Source of the DNA: Dehalococcoidia bacterium
GTDB taxonomy: Bacteria > Chloroflexota > Dehalococcoidia > Plut-88900
Reading direction: 5' to 3'
Assembly: GCA_965249275.1 (NCBI GenBank)
Contig: CBDFLQ010000007.1
Span: forward strand, 288,001 to 352,000
DNA length: 64,000 bases
Shown here: piece after piece, positions 1-8,969 of the stretch
How the letters are laid out: each line of letters starts with the position of its first letter
How positions within the stretch are numbered: position 1 is the stretch's first letter
Translations under genes and position numbers: made by a program
Notes under the pieces: model-generated
Seen by the model: the letters and a program-made list of their open reading frames with translations, nothing else
Database searches by the model: none
Told to the model about the DNA's origin: nothing

Positions 1-80
1 TGTACATACTGTTGGGAAACCCCGTCACGCGAATCTTGCTCTTCTCCCAATGTCTCCCTACCTGCCTCAACGTTCAGCAT
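1..80 (-). CDS. possible 5' end of a gene running off the window edge
   Basis: ATG at 80 (or TTG at 50 behind GGGAG) opens a stop-free frame MLNVEAGRETLGEEQDSRDGVSQQYV to the edge; too short to identify. Confidence 0.3.
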   Translation of the reverse strand, partial: MLNVEAGRETLGEEQDSRDGVSQQYV

Positions 81-97
81 GGATAGTATCAATCATC

Positions 98-293
98 CCT
101 TATTAAAGATATCAGGCTAATATTTTAACAAAAGGCAACTCAGCATTCTATATCAAAGTCTACCTTTAATATGGATCCTGCCCTGCCGCTTTTATTAAAG
201 GATAGGCTTGCCATACTTTAATATGCAACCAGCAAATCTCCCATGTTAAACGCTACCTTTAACATGGCCCATCACCACAGCCCTTATTAAAGG
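98..293. repeat. AT-rich degenerate ~92-bp-period array of inverted half-sites
   Basis: TTATTAAAG at 100, 192, 284; CTACCTTTAAYATGG at 160 and 253; perfect inverted repeat CCATGTTAAA-N7-TTTAACATGG at 241-267. Confidence 0.75.
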
Positions 294-332
294 AACCGGC
301 CCCTGAACGTTACCGTGTGGAGGCAACCGCCC

Positions 333-1385
333 CTAGTAGGAAAACCCCCCACCCCCCGTCGGCTGACCGGTCTTCATGTCTATGGTCTCGAACAACCGGG
401 GCCCGAGAGCCGCCAGCAACCCCAGCGCCGCTAGGTGCATTGTCCTGTCCGTCGGGTCCAGGGGTGGGGCCACCTCACACAGGTCTATCCCCTTCACGAT
501 GTCGTACTGGCCGAGAGCCGTCATCAGCGAAAGAAATTCACGGGCTCGGATACCCTGGTAAACGCACGCCGTCGTCCCCGGAGACTCGGAGCCGTCCACC
601 ACGTCAATGTCCACGCTCACGTACACCGCGTCCACGCTCGCCGCAGCGACTTCCAACACTTCCTTGAGAGCTTCCTCGATTCCCTTGTCCAGCATCTGGC
701 GCGCCGTCACCATCTTGAGACTGTGGTCGGTGTACATACGGTACTGCTCGGCATCCAGGACAGCGCCGTTCAGCCCCAGCCATGCCATGTTCTTGTAGGA
801 AATCGTCGCGTTCTCGCTAATGCGCCTAGCCGAGGTGCCGTGATTGAACCGGCTGCCTGCCTGCAGTTCATCCCAGAAATCAGGATGGCTGTCGATGTGC
901 AGATATCCGATGCGCGGGCTCGAATGCCTCTCCAACATCCCCCTGGCAAACCCGAGAAAGCCCGGGTAGCAGACATAGTGGTCGCCCCCAAGGATTACCG
1001 GCGAGCCCCCCCGACGCACGATATCGCTCACTCCCGAGGCCACGCCCTCGGTGGTCACCATGATGTCCTGGGGGGAAATATCCAGGTCACCGATGTCGGC
1101 CAGGAGCCCGTCACCCTTGAACCGGAACCCCATGTGCGAGTCCAGGTCGACCGTCGTGCGGTCCTCGGCCATCTCCTGCACCATCCGGTACTTGTAGGTC
1201 CCTTCTCTTATGCCCCGAGGCCCGAACCGCGCCCCCTTCCTCCCGATGTTGATTCCCTCGTCGATCGGCACCCCCGCCACCACCGTCATCCCTTCCTGCA
1301 CTTCCTCCCTCCCGATGATCGGCGCCCCGAAGAAGGACGGAAATCCTACGTATGAGTTGATGTAGCCCGGCTTGGTTACTGCCAT
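333..1385 (-). CDS. agmatinase/ureohydrolase family protein
   Basis: GARFGP, GGDH, DSHPD and SVDIDVVD metal-binding motifs; GGAGG RBS upstream. Confidence 0.9.
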   Translation of the reverse strand: MAVTKPGYINSYVGFPSFFGAPIIGREEVQEGMTVVAGVPIDEGINIGRKGARFGPRGIREGTYKYRMVQEMAEDRTTVDLDSHMGFRFKGDGLLADIGDLDISPQDIMVTTEGVASGVSDIVRRGGSPVILGGDHYVCYPGFLGFARGMLERHSSPRIGYLHIDSHPDFWDELQAGSRFNHGTSARRISENATISYKNMAWLGLNGAVLDAEQYRMYTDHSLKMVTARQMLDKGIEEALKEVLEVAAASVDAVYVSVDIDVVDGSESPGTTACVYQGIRAREFLSLMTALGQYDIVKGIDLCEVAPPLDPTDRTMHLAALGLLAALGPRLFETIDMKTGQPTGGGGFSY

Positions 1386-1492
1386 ATTGCACCTCCGGTT
1401 AGTGGGAACCGCGCTAATTTAAACCCCTCCCCCGAGACAGGTCAACAAACCACTTGCTGATCCCGTTCACATAGAGGGGTGTCATATCCCTC

Positions 1493-1521
1493 TTGACTTT
1501 ATAAGACATGTGTTCTATTAT
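1493..1521 (+). promoter_or_regulatory. sigma70 promoter with LexA-like box
   Basis: TTGACT-N17-TATTAT; AGAC-ATGT-GTTC (near GAAC-N4-GTTC) abuts the -10. Confidence 0.55.
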
Positions 1522-2231
1522 TGGGCCAGTCTAGACCCGACACTCACCTTAAGGAGGTACCGGACAACCTAGGGAAGCCCACCCGACCCACCCGAGGACT
1601 CAACGTCTAAGCCCATCCCAAAGGGCGGCCCACAAGCCGTCCCTCGGCACAAGCGAACGCCGCCATCTCCTCTACCAAGGGCCCGGCTATCCCTTACCCT
1701 GACCATCAGGCGATGGAAGACGCACTGGACCGTACTTAAAAGTCTCCTCACGGAGCAACCCGACCTATGGAGCGGAACGGGGCAGCCCGTAGCCGAGGCC
1801 CGCTCGGCTCTCCGTCCGCTTCCTCAAATAAACTGGGCTGCCGCCGTCTCCCGGCTCCGGGACATCGTCGGCTAACTGGATACCCCGTACTCCTGCGAGG
1901 GGAACTGACCCTGGACTTTCCCCTTCCTGCATCCGCCTCCGGCGGACAGCGCAGCCAACCCTGCATCGGAGCCTATGACGGACGACGGACCCGTACGTCC
2001 GACCATACTTCCAGGTCTAGGCGGCGGCGGAGTCCCGTCCCAACGCTTCCCGGGACGCCTCCATGCCCGCATTATCTAAATGTAGGGAGCCTAATCCAGC
2101 AAGCGTCTTTCATCGCCTTCCCAAAACCTGACAGACAGAACTGAAACCGAAACCCCACAATCGAAGATCCGCCTCTGGAGGACTGAAGAAAAACCCGGTG
2201 TGTCACTAACCTGTCAAACGAATGCAATTGC

Positions 2232-2260
2232 TTGTACGAACCGCATGGGCAGACTAGAAT
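2232..2260 (+). promoter_or_regulatory. sigma70 promoter, probably giving a leaderless transcript
   Basis: TTGTAC-N17-TAGAAT, 7 nt before ATG 2268, no SD. Confidence 0.5.
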
Positions 2261-2267
2261 TGCCCCC

Positions 2268-3263
2268 ATGACTACCCAACCCACTCCCGAGGCAGAACCC
2301 TCCTTCATCGGCCTACCCTCCTTCCTCAAGCTCCCCTACGTCACCGACTCCGCTGAACTCAAACGCCTCGCCCCCGACGTGGCGATCATGGGTGCCCCCT
2401 TCGACATGGGGACTACCATTCGACCGGGAACGAGGTTCGGGCCCCGGGCGATTCGCCAGGCTGCAGGCTACGTCGGGGGCAGTCCCGTCGAGCCCATGTA
2501 CCACGTCTCCCTCAAGGTGGCGCCTTTTGCCATTCTGAAGGTCGTGGACTTCGGCGATGCCAACTGCTCCCCCCATTCCCTTGAGCTAGCCCACGCCGCC
2601 ATCAATCGCAAAGTCTCCGACGCCCTGGCCGCCAACACCCTGCCCATAGTCCTCGGCGGAGACCACTCTATAACCCTTCCAGCCGCTACGGCCGTCGCCG
2701 ACGCCTGGGGTCGGGGAAAGGTCGGCATCATCCACTTCGACTCCCACGCCGACACCGCCCCAGACAGCTTCGGAGGCAGCCTGATCGCCCACGGCAGCCC
2801 CATGCGCAGGCTCATCGAAAGCGGCGCGGTCCTACCCAGAAACTTCGTCCAGATCGGCCTCCGGGGCTACTGGCCCCCCGCCGAGGTCTGGCAATGGATG
2901 GAAGAGCAAGGAATGCGCTGGCACCTCATGACCGAGCTCGAAGAGCGTGGCTTTGACACCGTAATGGACGAGGCCATCGATGAGGCCTTGGACGGCCCCG
3001 AGTTTATCTACCTATCAGTTGACATCGATGTCCTTGACCCGGGCTTCGCGCCCGGCACCGGCACCCCGGAACCCGGCGGCATGACCCCCAGCCAGCTTCT
3101 CCGTGCCGTGCGGAACATCGTTTCCCGGGTCAACCTAGTCGCCATGGACGTGGTGGAAGTCTCTCCACCCTACGACGGCCCCGGCGCTGTCACCGCCGAG
3201 CACGCCCACCGGGTGGTCGTCGAAGCCATAGCCGCCCTGGCCCACAAACGCACCTCGTCCTAG
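2268..3263 (+). CDS. speB: agmatinase/guanidinobutyrase-like ureohydrolase
   Basis: GAPFD, RPGTRFGP, GGDHS, DSHAD, SVDIDVLDP, APGTGTPEPGG motifs. Confidence 0.85.
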   Translation: MTTQPTPEAEPSFIGLPSFLKLPYVTDSAELKRLAPDVAIMGAPFDMGTTIRPGTRFGPRAIRQAAGYVGGSPVEPMYHVSLKVAPFAILKVVDFGDANCSPHSLELAHAAINRKVSDALAANTLPIVLGGDHSITLPAATAVADAWGRGKVGIIHFDSHADTAPDSFGGSLIAHGSPMRRLIESGAVLPRNFVQIGLRGYWPPAEVWQWMEEQGMRWHLMTELEERGFDTVMDEAIDEALDGPEFIYLSVDIDVLDPGFAPGTGTPEPGGMTPSQLLRAVRNIVSRVNLVAMDVVEVSPPYDGPGAVTAEHAHRVVVEAIAALAHKRTSS

Positions 3264-3298
3264 CGGTCCATCCGCACTCGGCGTCTCCGAGTCCCCCT

Positions 3299-3398
3299 AT
3301 GGTACTATCCCGCGAATCTCACACAGTAGATGGTCAGTTTTTTGAAAATCTCCAGCGAAGCCCGCCTCCGGGCCAGTGCTCCCAGGGTTGTAAGGAAG
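3299..3398 (+). pseudogene. decayed amidohydrolase 5' fragment
   Basis: with one frameshift reads MVLSRESHTVD...EARLRASAPRVVRK versus ISADSHVVE...DARFRDKAPRVVRN of gene 4188. Confidence 0.6.
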
Positions 3399-3417
3399 TC
3401 TAGAAAAGAGAGAGGCT

Positions 3418-3933
3418 GTGAATACTCACCTAAAACTGGTTGTTTTGGCACTGGTATCGCTGGTTCTTGCTTTATCGTGTAGTCAGAATCCAGAGTCGGC
3501 TTATCGGGAAAAGTCCGCGGAGTTAGGAATCGAGTTCTATCAGACCGCACGGGCGGTTCCGGAAGCCCTGCAAGGGTTGTCCTTGTCGAACCCGCTCGGC
3601 GGCGATGTCACCAGGACGGAGGCACGTCGCCGGTTTGCCGCTCTTGATGAGGCGCATGGACGGCTTTATGAAGTCCTCAAAGAGTTTCGAGACATCAAGG
3701 ACGCAGAGAGATTCAAAGAGCATTATCAGCTCCAGATAAACGAGTTCGAATCTCTTATAACGGCAACATGGGCGCTGCGTTCATTTTATGGGACATGGCT
3801 GGACAGGTGGGGGTCTTCTGACTTAGAAACCGAGGTCTTGTTGCGCAAGGCCTTAGATATAGCTCTTGTTCAGATGGATGAAGTCGAGTACTTCAACGAA
3901 CAGATTCAGGTTTTGTTGCTGCCTCTTCCTTAG
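3418..3933 (+). CDS. hypothetical lipoprotein
   Basis: hydrophobic signal peptide ending LALSC (lipobox-like); more AT-rich codon use than neighbours. Confidence 0.65.
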   Translation: MNTHLKLVVLALVSLVLALSCSQNPESAYREKSAELGIEFYQTARAVPEALQGLSLSNPLGGDVTRTEARRRFAALDEAHGRLYEVLKEFRDIKDAERFKEHYQLQINEFESLITATWALRSFYGTWLDRWGSSDLETEVLLRKALDIALVQMDEVEYFNEQIQVLLLPLP

Positions 3934-3980
3934 CAGTGAAATGCCAGGCTGGCATAGACAATCTAAAAGCCTGCGCTGAA

Positions 3981-4113
3981 CCCGGCGCAGTCACCGCCGA
4001 GCACGCCCACCGGGTCGTCGTTGAAGCCATAGCCGCACTAGCCCACAAACGCACATTCTCCTAAGGGTTTGCTTGCGCTTGGCGTGGCTAAGGCCCCTTA
4101 TGGTAATATCTGC
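3981..4113 (+). repeat. diverged direct repeat of the speB 3' end and downstream spacer (3180-3312)
   Basis: CCCGGCGCwGTCACCGCCGAGCACGCCCACCGGGT...GCCCACAAACGCAC at both places, offset 801 bp. Confidence 0.9.
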
Positions 4114-4187
4114 CCATCGGATTCCCACGTCGAACCCCCAAATAAGCCCCTCAGCGGGCCTGTTTAATGAGAGAGGTAGGCTAAGCA

Positions 4188-5321
4188 GTGGTCCTTGAGC
4201 AGCTAATCTCCGCCGACTCCCACGTAGTAGAACCCCCCGACCTCTGGCAGACCCGCACCGACGCCCGATTCCGAGACAAGGCTCCTAGGGTCGTCAGGAA
4301 TGGCAATGTCGACAACTGGGTTGTCGGCGACGACATACTCATTGGCTCCATCGGAGGCCCGACCCAGGCCGGGCGCCGGTACACCGACCTCGATTCGCTC
4401 TCCATAGAAGGTAACTACGAGGAGTCCCCGCTGGCGGCCTACGACCCCGACGAACGCCTCAAGGCCATGGAAGTCGACGGCGTAGTAGGCGAGGTGGTCT
4501 ACTCGACCATCGGCACCCGCCTCTACACCGTAGACGTTCGCGGCGACCTCCTTGCCGCCTGCTTCCGGGCCCTCAACGACTGGTCCGCCGACTTCGGCGC
4601 CGCCCACCCCGACAAGTTAAAAGGCACCGCCGCCATCAGCTTCGACAACGTCCCCGAAGCTGTGGTAGAGATCCAGAGATGCGCCAAACTCGGCCTCTCC
4701 GGTTTCGTCATCCCCGCCTACCAGTCCGAAGACGAGCATTATGACAACCCCGAGTTCGCCCCTATATGGAGCGCCTTCGAGGATACCGGCATTCCCGTCG
4801 GCATTCACTCCGGCTCCGTACGGCCGGGCCCCGCACGTATCGGCGCATTCGCCAACAACGCGTCCGTGGCAGGCACCGCAGCCTTCAGGGCCACCCAAGA
4901 CTACTGGGTCCGCAGGTCCGTAGCGCAGATGATGTTTGGGGGCATATTCGAACGGCACCCGAAGCTAAAGGTCGGCGTCGTCGAATACGAGCTTTCTTGG
5001 GCGCCCTATTTCATCAAGATGATGGACATGGCCTATGAAAAGCACCGCTATGTCACCGAGATCCGATTCAAGGACGACCGGCTCCCCAGCGACGTCTTCC
5101 ACCAGAACATGTTCGTCTCCTTCCAGGAGGATGAGCTGGGTATCGCCCTACGTCACGTGATTGGGGTAGAGAACATTATGTTCGGTTCCGACTACCCCCA
5201 CCGGGAGTCGACCTGGCCCCGCTCCCGGCAGGTCCTCACCGAAGTCCTCTCCGATTGCACCGAAGAAGAGAAGCATAAGATCAGCTACCTGAACGCAGCT
5301 CGCCTCTACGGCTTCAACTAG
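4188..5321 (+). CDS. amidohydrolase_2 family protein
   Basis: SADSHVVEP, GIFERHPKLK, MFGSDYPH motifs. Confidence 0.9.
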   Translation: MVLEQLISADSHVVEPPDLWQTRTDARFRDKAPRVVRNGNVDNWVVGDDILIGSIGGPTQAGRRYTDLDSLSIEGNYEESPLAAYDPDERLKAMEVDGVVGEVVYSTIGTRLYTVDVRGDLLAACFRALNDWSADFGAAHPDKLKGTAAISFDNVPEAVVEIQRCAKLGLSGFVIPAYQSEDEHYDNPEFAPIWSAFEDTGIPVGIHSGSVRPGPARIGAFANNASVAGTAAFRATQDYWVRRSVAQMMFGGIFERHPKLKVGVVEYELSWAPYFIKMMDMAYEKHRYVTEIRFKDDRLPSDVFHQNMFVSFQEDELGIALRHVIGVENIMFGSDYPHRESTWPRSRQVLTEVLSDCTEEEKHKISYLNAARLYGFN

Positions 5322-5339
5322 CTTACCTGCTTTGAAACC

Positions 5340-7754
5340 ATGATTCCTGAAATCTGCTCCGGTCTCAGGGTTCTTGACCTCAGCCGCACTTGGACGGGCG
5401 CCCTCGCTACCGTGCTCCTCGCCGACGCAGGCGCCGAGGTCATCAAGATCGAGGCCCCCGGTGGCGACCCCACCTGGTCCCACTACGCCTCCCCCATGTG
5501 GCATCGAGGCAAGAAGAGCGCCTTCCTGGACCTCAAGTCCCCCGACGGACAGGACACCCTCAAACGTCTCGCCGCCAACAGTGACGTTCTCCTCCACACC
5601 CTAATGCCCGGCGCTGCCGAACGTCTCGGCGCAGACTACGAGACCCTGAGGGTAGTCAACCCGGCCCTCGTCTATTGCTCCGTCTCGGGGTTCGGCCCGC
5701 TCAAAGGCCTGGAACACGTCAAGGGATACGACGCCATTGTCGCAGCCCACACCGGCCGTTTTCATGTTTTCGACAAGCAGATAGATCGCGATGGGCCAAA
5801 GTTCGCTGCCCTGCCCGTCGCCAGTTTCGGTGCGGGTATGCTGGCCCTGCAGGGCATCTTTTCCGCCCTCCTGGTCCGGGAGCAGACGGGCCGAGGCCAG
5901 AAAGTCGAAACCAGTCTCCTCCAGTCTCTTATAGCCTACGACTGGTTATGGCTCCTCTGGCAGCTCAAGAACCGCGGAGACAACCCCACCCTCGGATGGT
6001 CTGAGACCGAGCCCACACCTCAATATTTCGTAAGCCCCACCAAGGACGGTCAGTGGCTCCAGATGGCCAACGCTATGGAGCACCTATTCTTCAACTGGAT
6101 TATTGGCATCGGCTTGGGCGATTACCTTGCCGACTCCCGCTTTTCCCACTTCCCCAACACCGAGTCCAAAGAGGCCGAAGAAGAGCTCTACCAGCGCATG
6201 TTCGCACGGATGAAGGAGCGCCCCTTAGACGATTGGACCCGCACCTTTATGACGGAGGTCGACGCCGCATCAGAGCCATTCAGGCAAACGGCCAGCGCCT
6301 TCACCCATCCCCAGGTCGTCGCCAACGCCCACACCATGACCGTTGAAACCACGGACGGTCGTCTAATCAAGCAAGCAAGCCGGATAGCCACGTTTACCGA
6401 GACCCCCGTCGGCGTCACCCGACCCGCCCCCACCCTCGGCCAGCACACCGCTGACGTAATCGCCCTCTCCCGAAACGGCAGCCGGCCTTCGGCCATCACG
6501 GGAAACGGAGCAAGCCCGAAAAAGCCCCTCGAAGGCATCACCATCGTTGACTTTGCCTCCTGGATTGCCACGCCTCTCGGCCCGTCCATCCTCGCCGACC
6601 TCGGCTTGCGTGTGATCAAAGTCGAACCTCTGGGTGGCGAGCCGTGGCGCGGCTTCGGGCTCATGGGCCTCAGGACCCACCAGAGCAAGGAGTCCGTGGC
6701 TGTCGACCTGAAGACAGACGAGGGCCGTGAGATAATCCATCGTCTTATCAAACACTCCGACGCCCTAGTCCACAACCTCAGACCCGGCGTCCCCGATCGC
6801 CTTGGCATCGACTACGCCACCCTGAGCAAAATAAACCCCGGCCTCGTCTATCTGTATGGCGCGGGCTACGGGTCAACCGGCCCCTACTCACCCCGCTCAG
6901 TCATGCACCCCATACCCGGGGCTGTGGCGGGGGGTGCCCTGTACCAGGCGGGATTCGGGACTCCGCCCCCACCCGACTCTGATCTCTCATATGAGGACAC
7001 CCGCCGCATCGCCAAAGCCCTCTCCGTCTCCAACGAAGCCAACCCCGACGTCAGTGCCTCCATGGTAGTTGCCGTCTCTCTGCTGATGGCGCTCTACGTC
7101 AAGAAAAAAACCGGAAAGGGCCAGTACGTAGAACCCACCATGGTGGGCACGGGTTTGTTCGTCAACTCAGACGACTACGTCCAGTTCCCAGGCAAGCCCT
7201 CCCGCCGCCTCCCCGACCCCGACCTCTTCGGCATTCACGCCCTCTACCGCATGTATGAATCAAATGAAGGCTGGCTCTTCCTCGCCTGCGACACTGATGA
7301 CGAATGGAAAACCTTGTGCCGCTCCCTCGCCCGAGAGGATTTGATCACTGACCCACGCTTCTCCACCCCCGACTCCCGCCTCGAAAACGATGATGCCCTC
7401 GCAGCCATCCTGGACTCGATATTCAAGACCTGGCCCGCCTCCGAGTGGCAGGAATACCTGACCCCCAAGGCCGTCGCCTGCGTGACCGTCTACCCCGAGG
7501 ACTTCAGCGACTTCGTCAACACTGACTCGCGCATGAAGGATAGCGGCCTGATGGTCGACCAGAAGCACCCGGCAATCGGAAAATACCTTCGCTACGGCCC
7601 GATGATCAACTTCTCCGAGACCACCGGCACCAACCTCGGCCCCATCACCGTCGTCGGAGAGCACACCGCCAGTGTCCTTAGCGAACTAGGCTACACCCCC
7701 GACCAGATTGAGGACTTTGCTTCCCGTAAGATAGTCGTCTGCGGAGAGACCTAG
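5340..7754 (+). CDS. family III (CaiB/BaiF) CoA-transferase, two fused domains
   Basis: two copies of the VLDLS/IVDFA...LADxGxxVIK(I/V)E...DLK module. Confidence 0.9.
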   Translation: MIPEICSGLRVLDLSRTWTGALATVLLADAGAEVIKIEAPGGDPTWSHYASPMWHRGKKSAFLDLKSPDGQDTLKRLAANSDVLLHTLMPGAAERLGADYETLRVVNPALVYCSVSGFGPLKGLEHVKGYDAIVAAHTGRFHVFDKQIDRDGPKFAALPVASFGAGMLALQGIFSALLVREQTGRGQKVETSLLQSLIAYDWLWLLWQLKNRGDNPTLGWSETEPTPQYFVSPTKDGQWLQMANAMEHLFFNWIIGIGLGDYLADSRFSHFPNTESKEAEEELYQRMFARMKERPLDDWTRTFMTEVDAASEPFRQTASAFTHPQVVANAHTMTVETTDGRLIKQASRIATFTETPVGVTRPAPTLGQHTADVIALSRNGSRPSAITGNGASPKKPLEGITIVDFASWIATPLGPSILADLGLRVIKVEPLGGEPWRGFGLMGLRTHQSKESVAVDLKTDEGREIIHRLIKHSDALVHNLRPGVPDRLGIDYATLSKINPGLVYLYGAGYGSTGPYSPRSVMHPIPGAVAGGALYQAGFGTPPPPDSDLSYEDTRRIAKALSVSNEANPDVSASMVVAVSLLMALYVKKKTGKGQYVEPTMVGTGLFVNSDDYVQFPGKPSRRLPDPDLFGIHALYRMYESNEGWLFLACDTDDEWKTLCRSLAREDLITDPRFSTPDSRLENDDALAAILDSIFKTWPASEWQEYLTPKAVACVTVYPEDFSDFVNTDSRMKDSGLMVDQKHPAIGKYLRYGPMINFSETTGTNLGPITVVGEHTASVLSELGYTPDQIEDFASRKIVVCGET

Positions 7755-7759
7755 GCCAC

Positions 7760-8815
7760 CTACACAAACGGCAGCACCCGCTTCGGGTTCTCCACAAAGA
7801 TCGCGTCTATTTGCTCCCTGGTCATCCCCTTGCCCCGCATAATCGGGACCACAGTTTCCAACAGGTGAGCGTATCCGTGCCCCCCGAAACTGTGCAGCCT
7901 CGTCTTCCACGCCGTGTCGTGCGCCACGACGATCTGTCCCAGGTGCCCATCCTCGATTAGACGCATGATGAAGTCGACCCTCGTGCCGTCATTCGGCATG
8001 GTGAACGACGGGGCCAGGGGATAGAAAGCCTGCTCAGCCCCGAACAGGTCGTATTCGATGTAGCAGCCCGTATCCGCCAGCTCCTTCAACGTTCCGTAGT
8101 CTGATATCGTCCGGCAGACGTGGCTCATTATCGTCCGGGACACGTCCCCTCCCGCCGCATCGATAGCCCGGACGATCTCCAGCGGCGCTGAGGGATGGCG
8201 CCCGGGGTGGATCGATAGCGGCGCCCCCGTCTTTACCTGCGCCCGAGCCCCCGCCTTCACAGACCTCCGCTCCGTCTCCGTCCACGGCCACGAACACCCC
8301 AACTCCCCGATTATCCCGGCCTTGATACCCGTGTCCCCGACTCCCTCCGTCACATCCTCCACTATCTCCTCCATCATCTGGTCCTCGTCTATCTCAGTCC
8401 ATCCCGCCGGTTGGAATGGCTCTATGTAGTACCCGGACCCCATGACAATATTCAGGCCCGTCGCCCTCGATACCCGCGCCAGTGCCAACGAGTCTCGGCC
8501 TATCCCCCGATTTGTGGCGTCCACGAGGCTCTGTCCCCCGGCCCTGTAGAACCGGCTTACCTCCTTGATCATCAATTCCTCGTCGTAAAGGCCAAGATTT
8601 TCGTAGTTACTGGCCCAGTTTCCCCTTATCCACCCAACGTCGTCGATTGTCACGGGCTTCATCGCGAGTCCCTTGCGACTCCCTTCCTGTGGCTCCAGGT
8701 ACAGGGGCTTGAAGTGGATGAATACGTGCTCGTGGGTAAGGGTTACTCCCAAGTCCTCGGGAGATATGGGCCCGAGGACCGTCTGGACCATGCCGGTTGC
8801 GTCTGAAGTTGCCAT
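7760..8815 (-). CDS. phosphotriesterase-related (PTE/PHP) hydrolase
   Basis: VQTVLGPI, TLTHEH, GIIGELG, SIHPG, MSHV, VAHD motifs. Confidence 0.9.
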   Translation of the reverse strand: MATSDATGMVQTVLGPISPEDLGVTLTHEHVFIHFKPLYLEPQEGSRKGLAMKPVTIDDVGWIRGNWASNYENLGLYDEELMIKEVSRFYRAGGQSLVDATNRGIGRDSLALARVSRATGLNIVMGSGYYIEPFQPAGWTEIDEDQMMEEIVEDVTEGVGDTGIKAGIIGELGCSWPWTETERRSVKAGARAQVKTGAPLSIHPGRHPSAPLEIVRAIDAAGGDVSRTIMSHVCRTISDYGTLKELADTGCYIEYDLFGAEQAFYPLAPSFTMPNDGTRVDFIMRLIEDGHLGQIVVAHDTAWKTRLHSFGGHGYAHLLETVVPIMRGKGMTREQIDAIFVENPKRVLPFV

Positions 8816-8865
8816 AAGTTGTCTCCGATTCGGCTTTGTTACGAATTGGGCCGGTGGTACCCCGA

Positions 8866-8938
8866 ATCATAGGGTCGCCCAAAACGGCATGTCAACGAGT
8901 CTGGTTTCATTGACACGCCCCATTTCCTCTCCTAAGAT
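8866..8938. promoter_or_regulatory. back-to-back sigma70 promoters
   Basis: minus strand TTGACA-N18-TATGAT (8895-8866); plus strand TTGACA-N17-TAAGAT (8910-8938). Confidence 0.55.
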
Positions 8939-8969
8939 TCCACCATTCTCTCTATGGAAGGCGAATGCT

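Noticed and set aside
217-267. dif site (CATGTTAAA resembles the XerD arm)
   Set aside because: Arm orientation and spacer lengths do not give the 11-6-11 layout
1386-2267. guanidine riboswitch ahead of the ureohydrolases
   Set aside because: No guanidine-I consensus and no paired ACGR-loop hairpins found
8673-8969. N-terminal extension of the second amidohydrolase given by the ORF track
   Set aside because: It overlaps the divergent PTE gene and promoters; the paralog and RBS place the start at 8970
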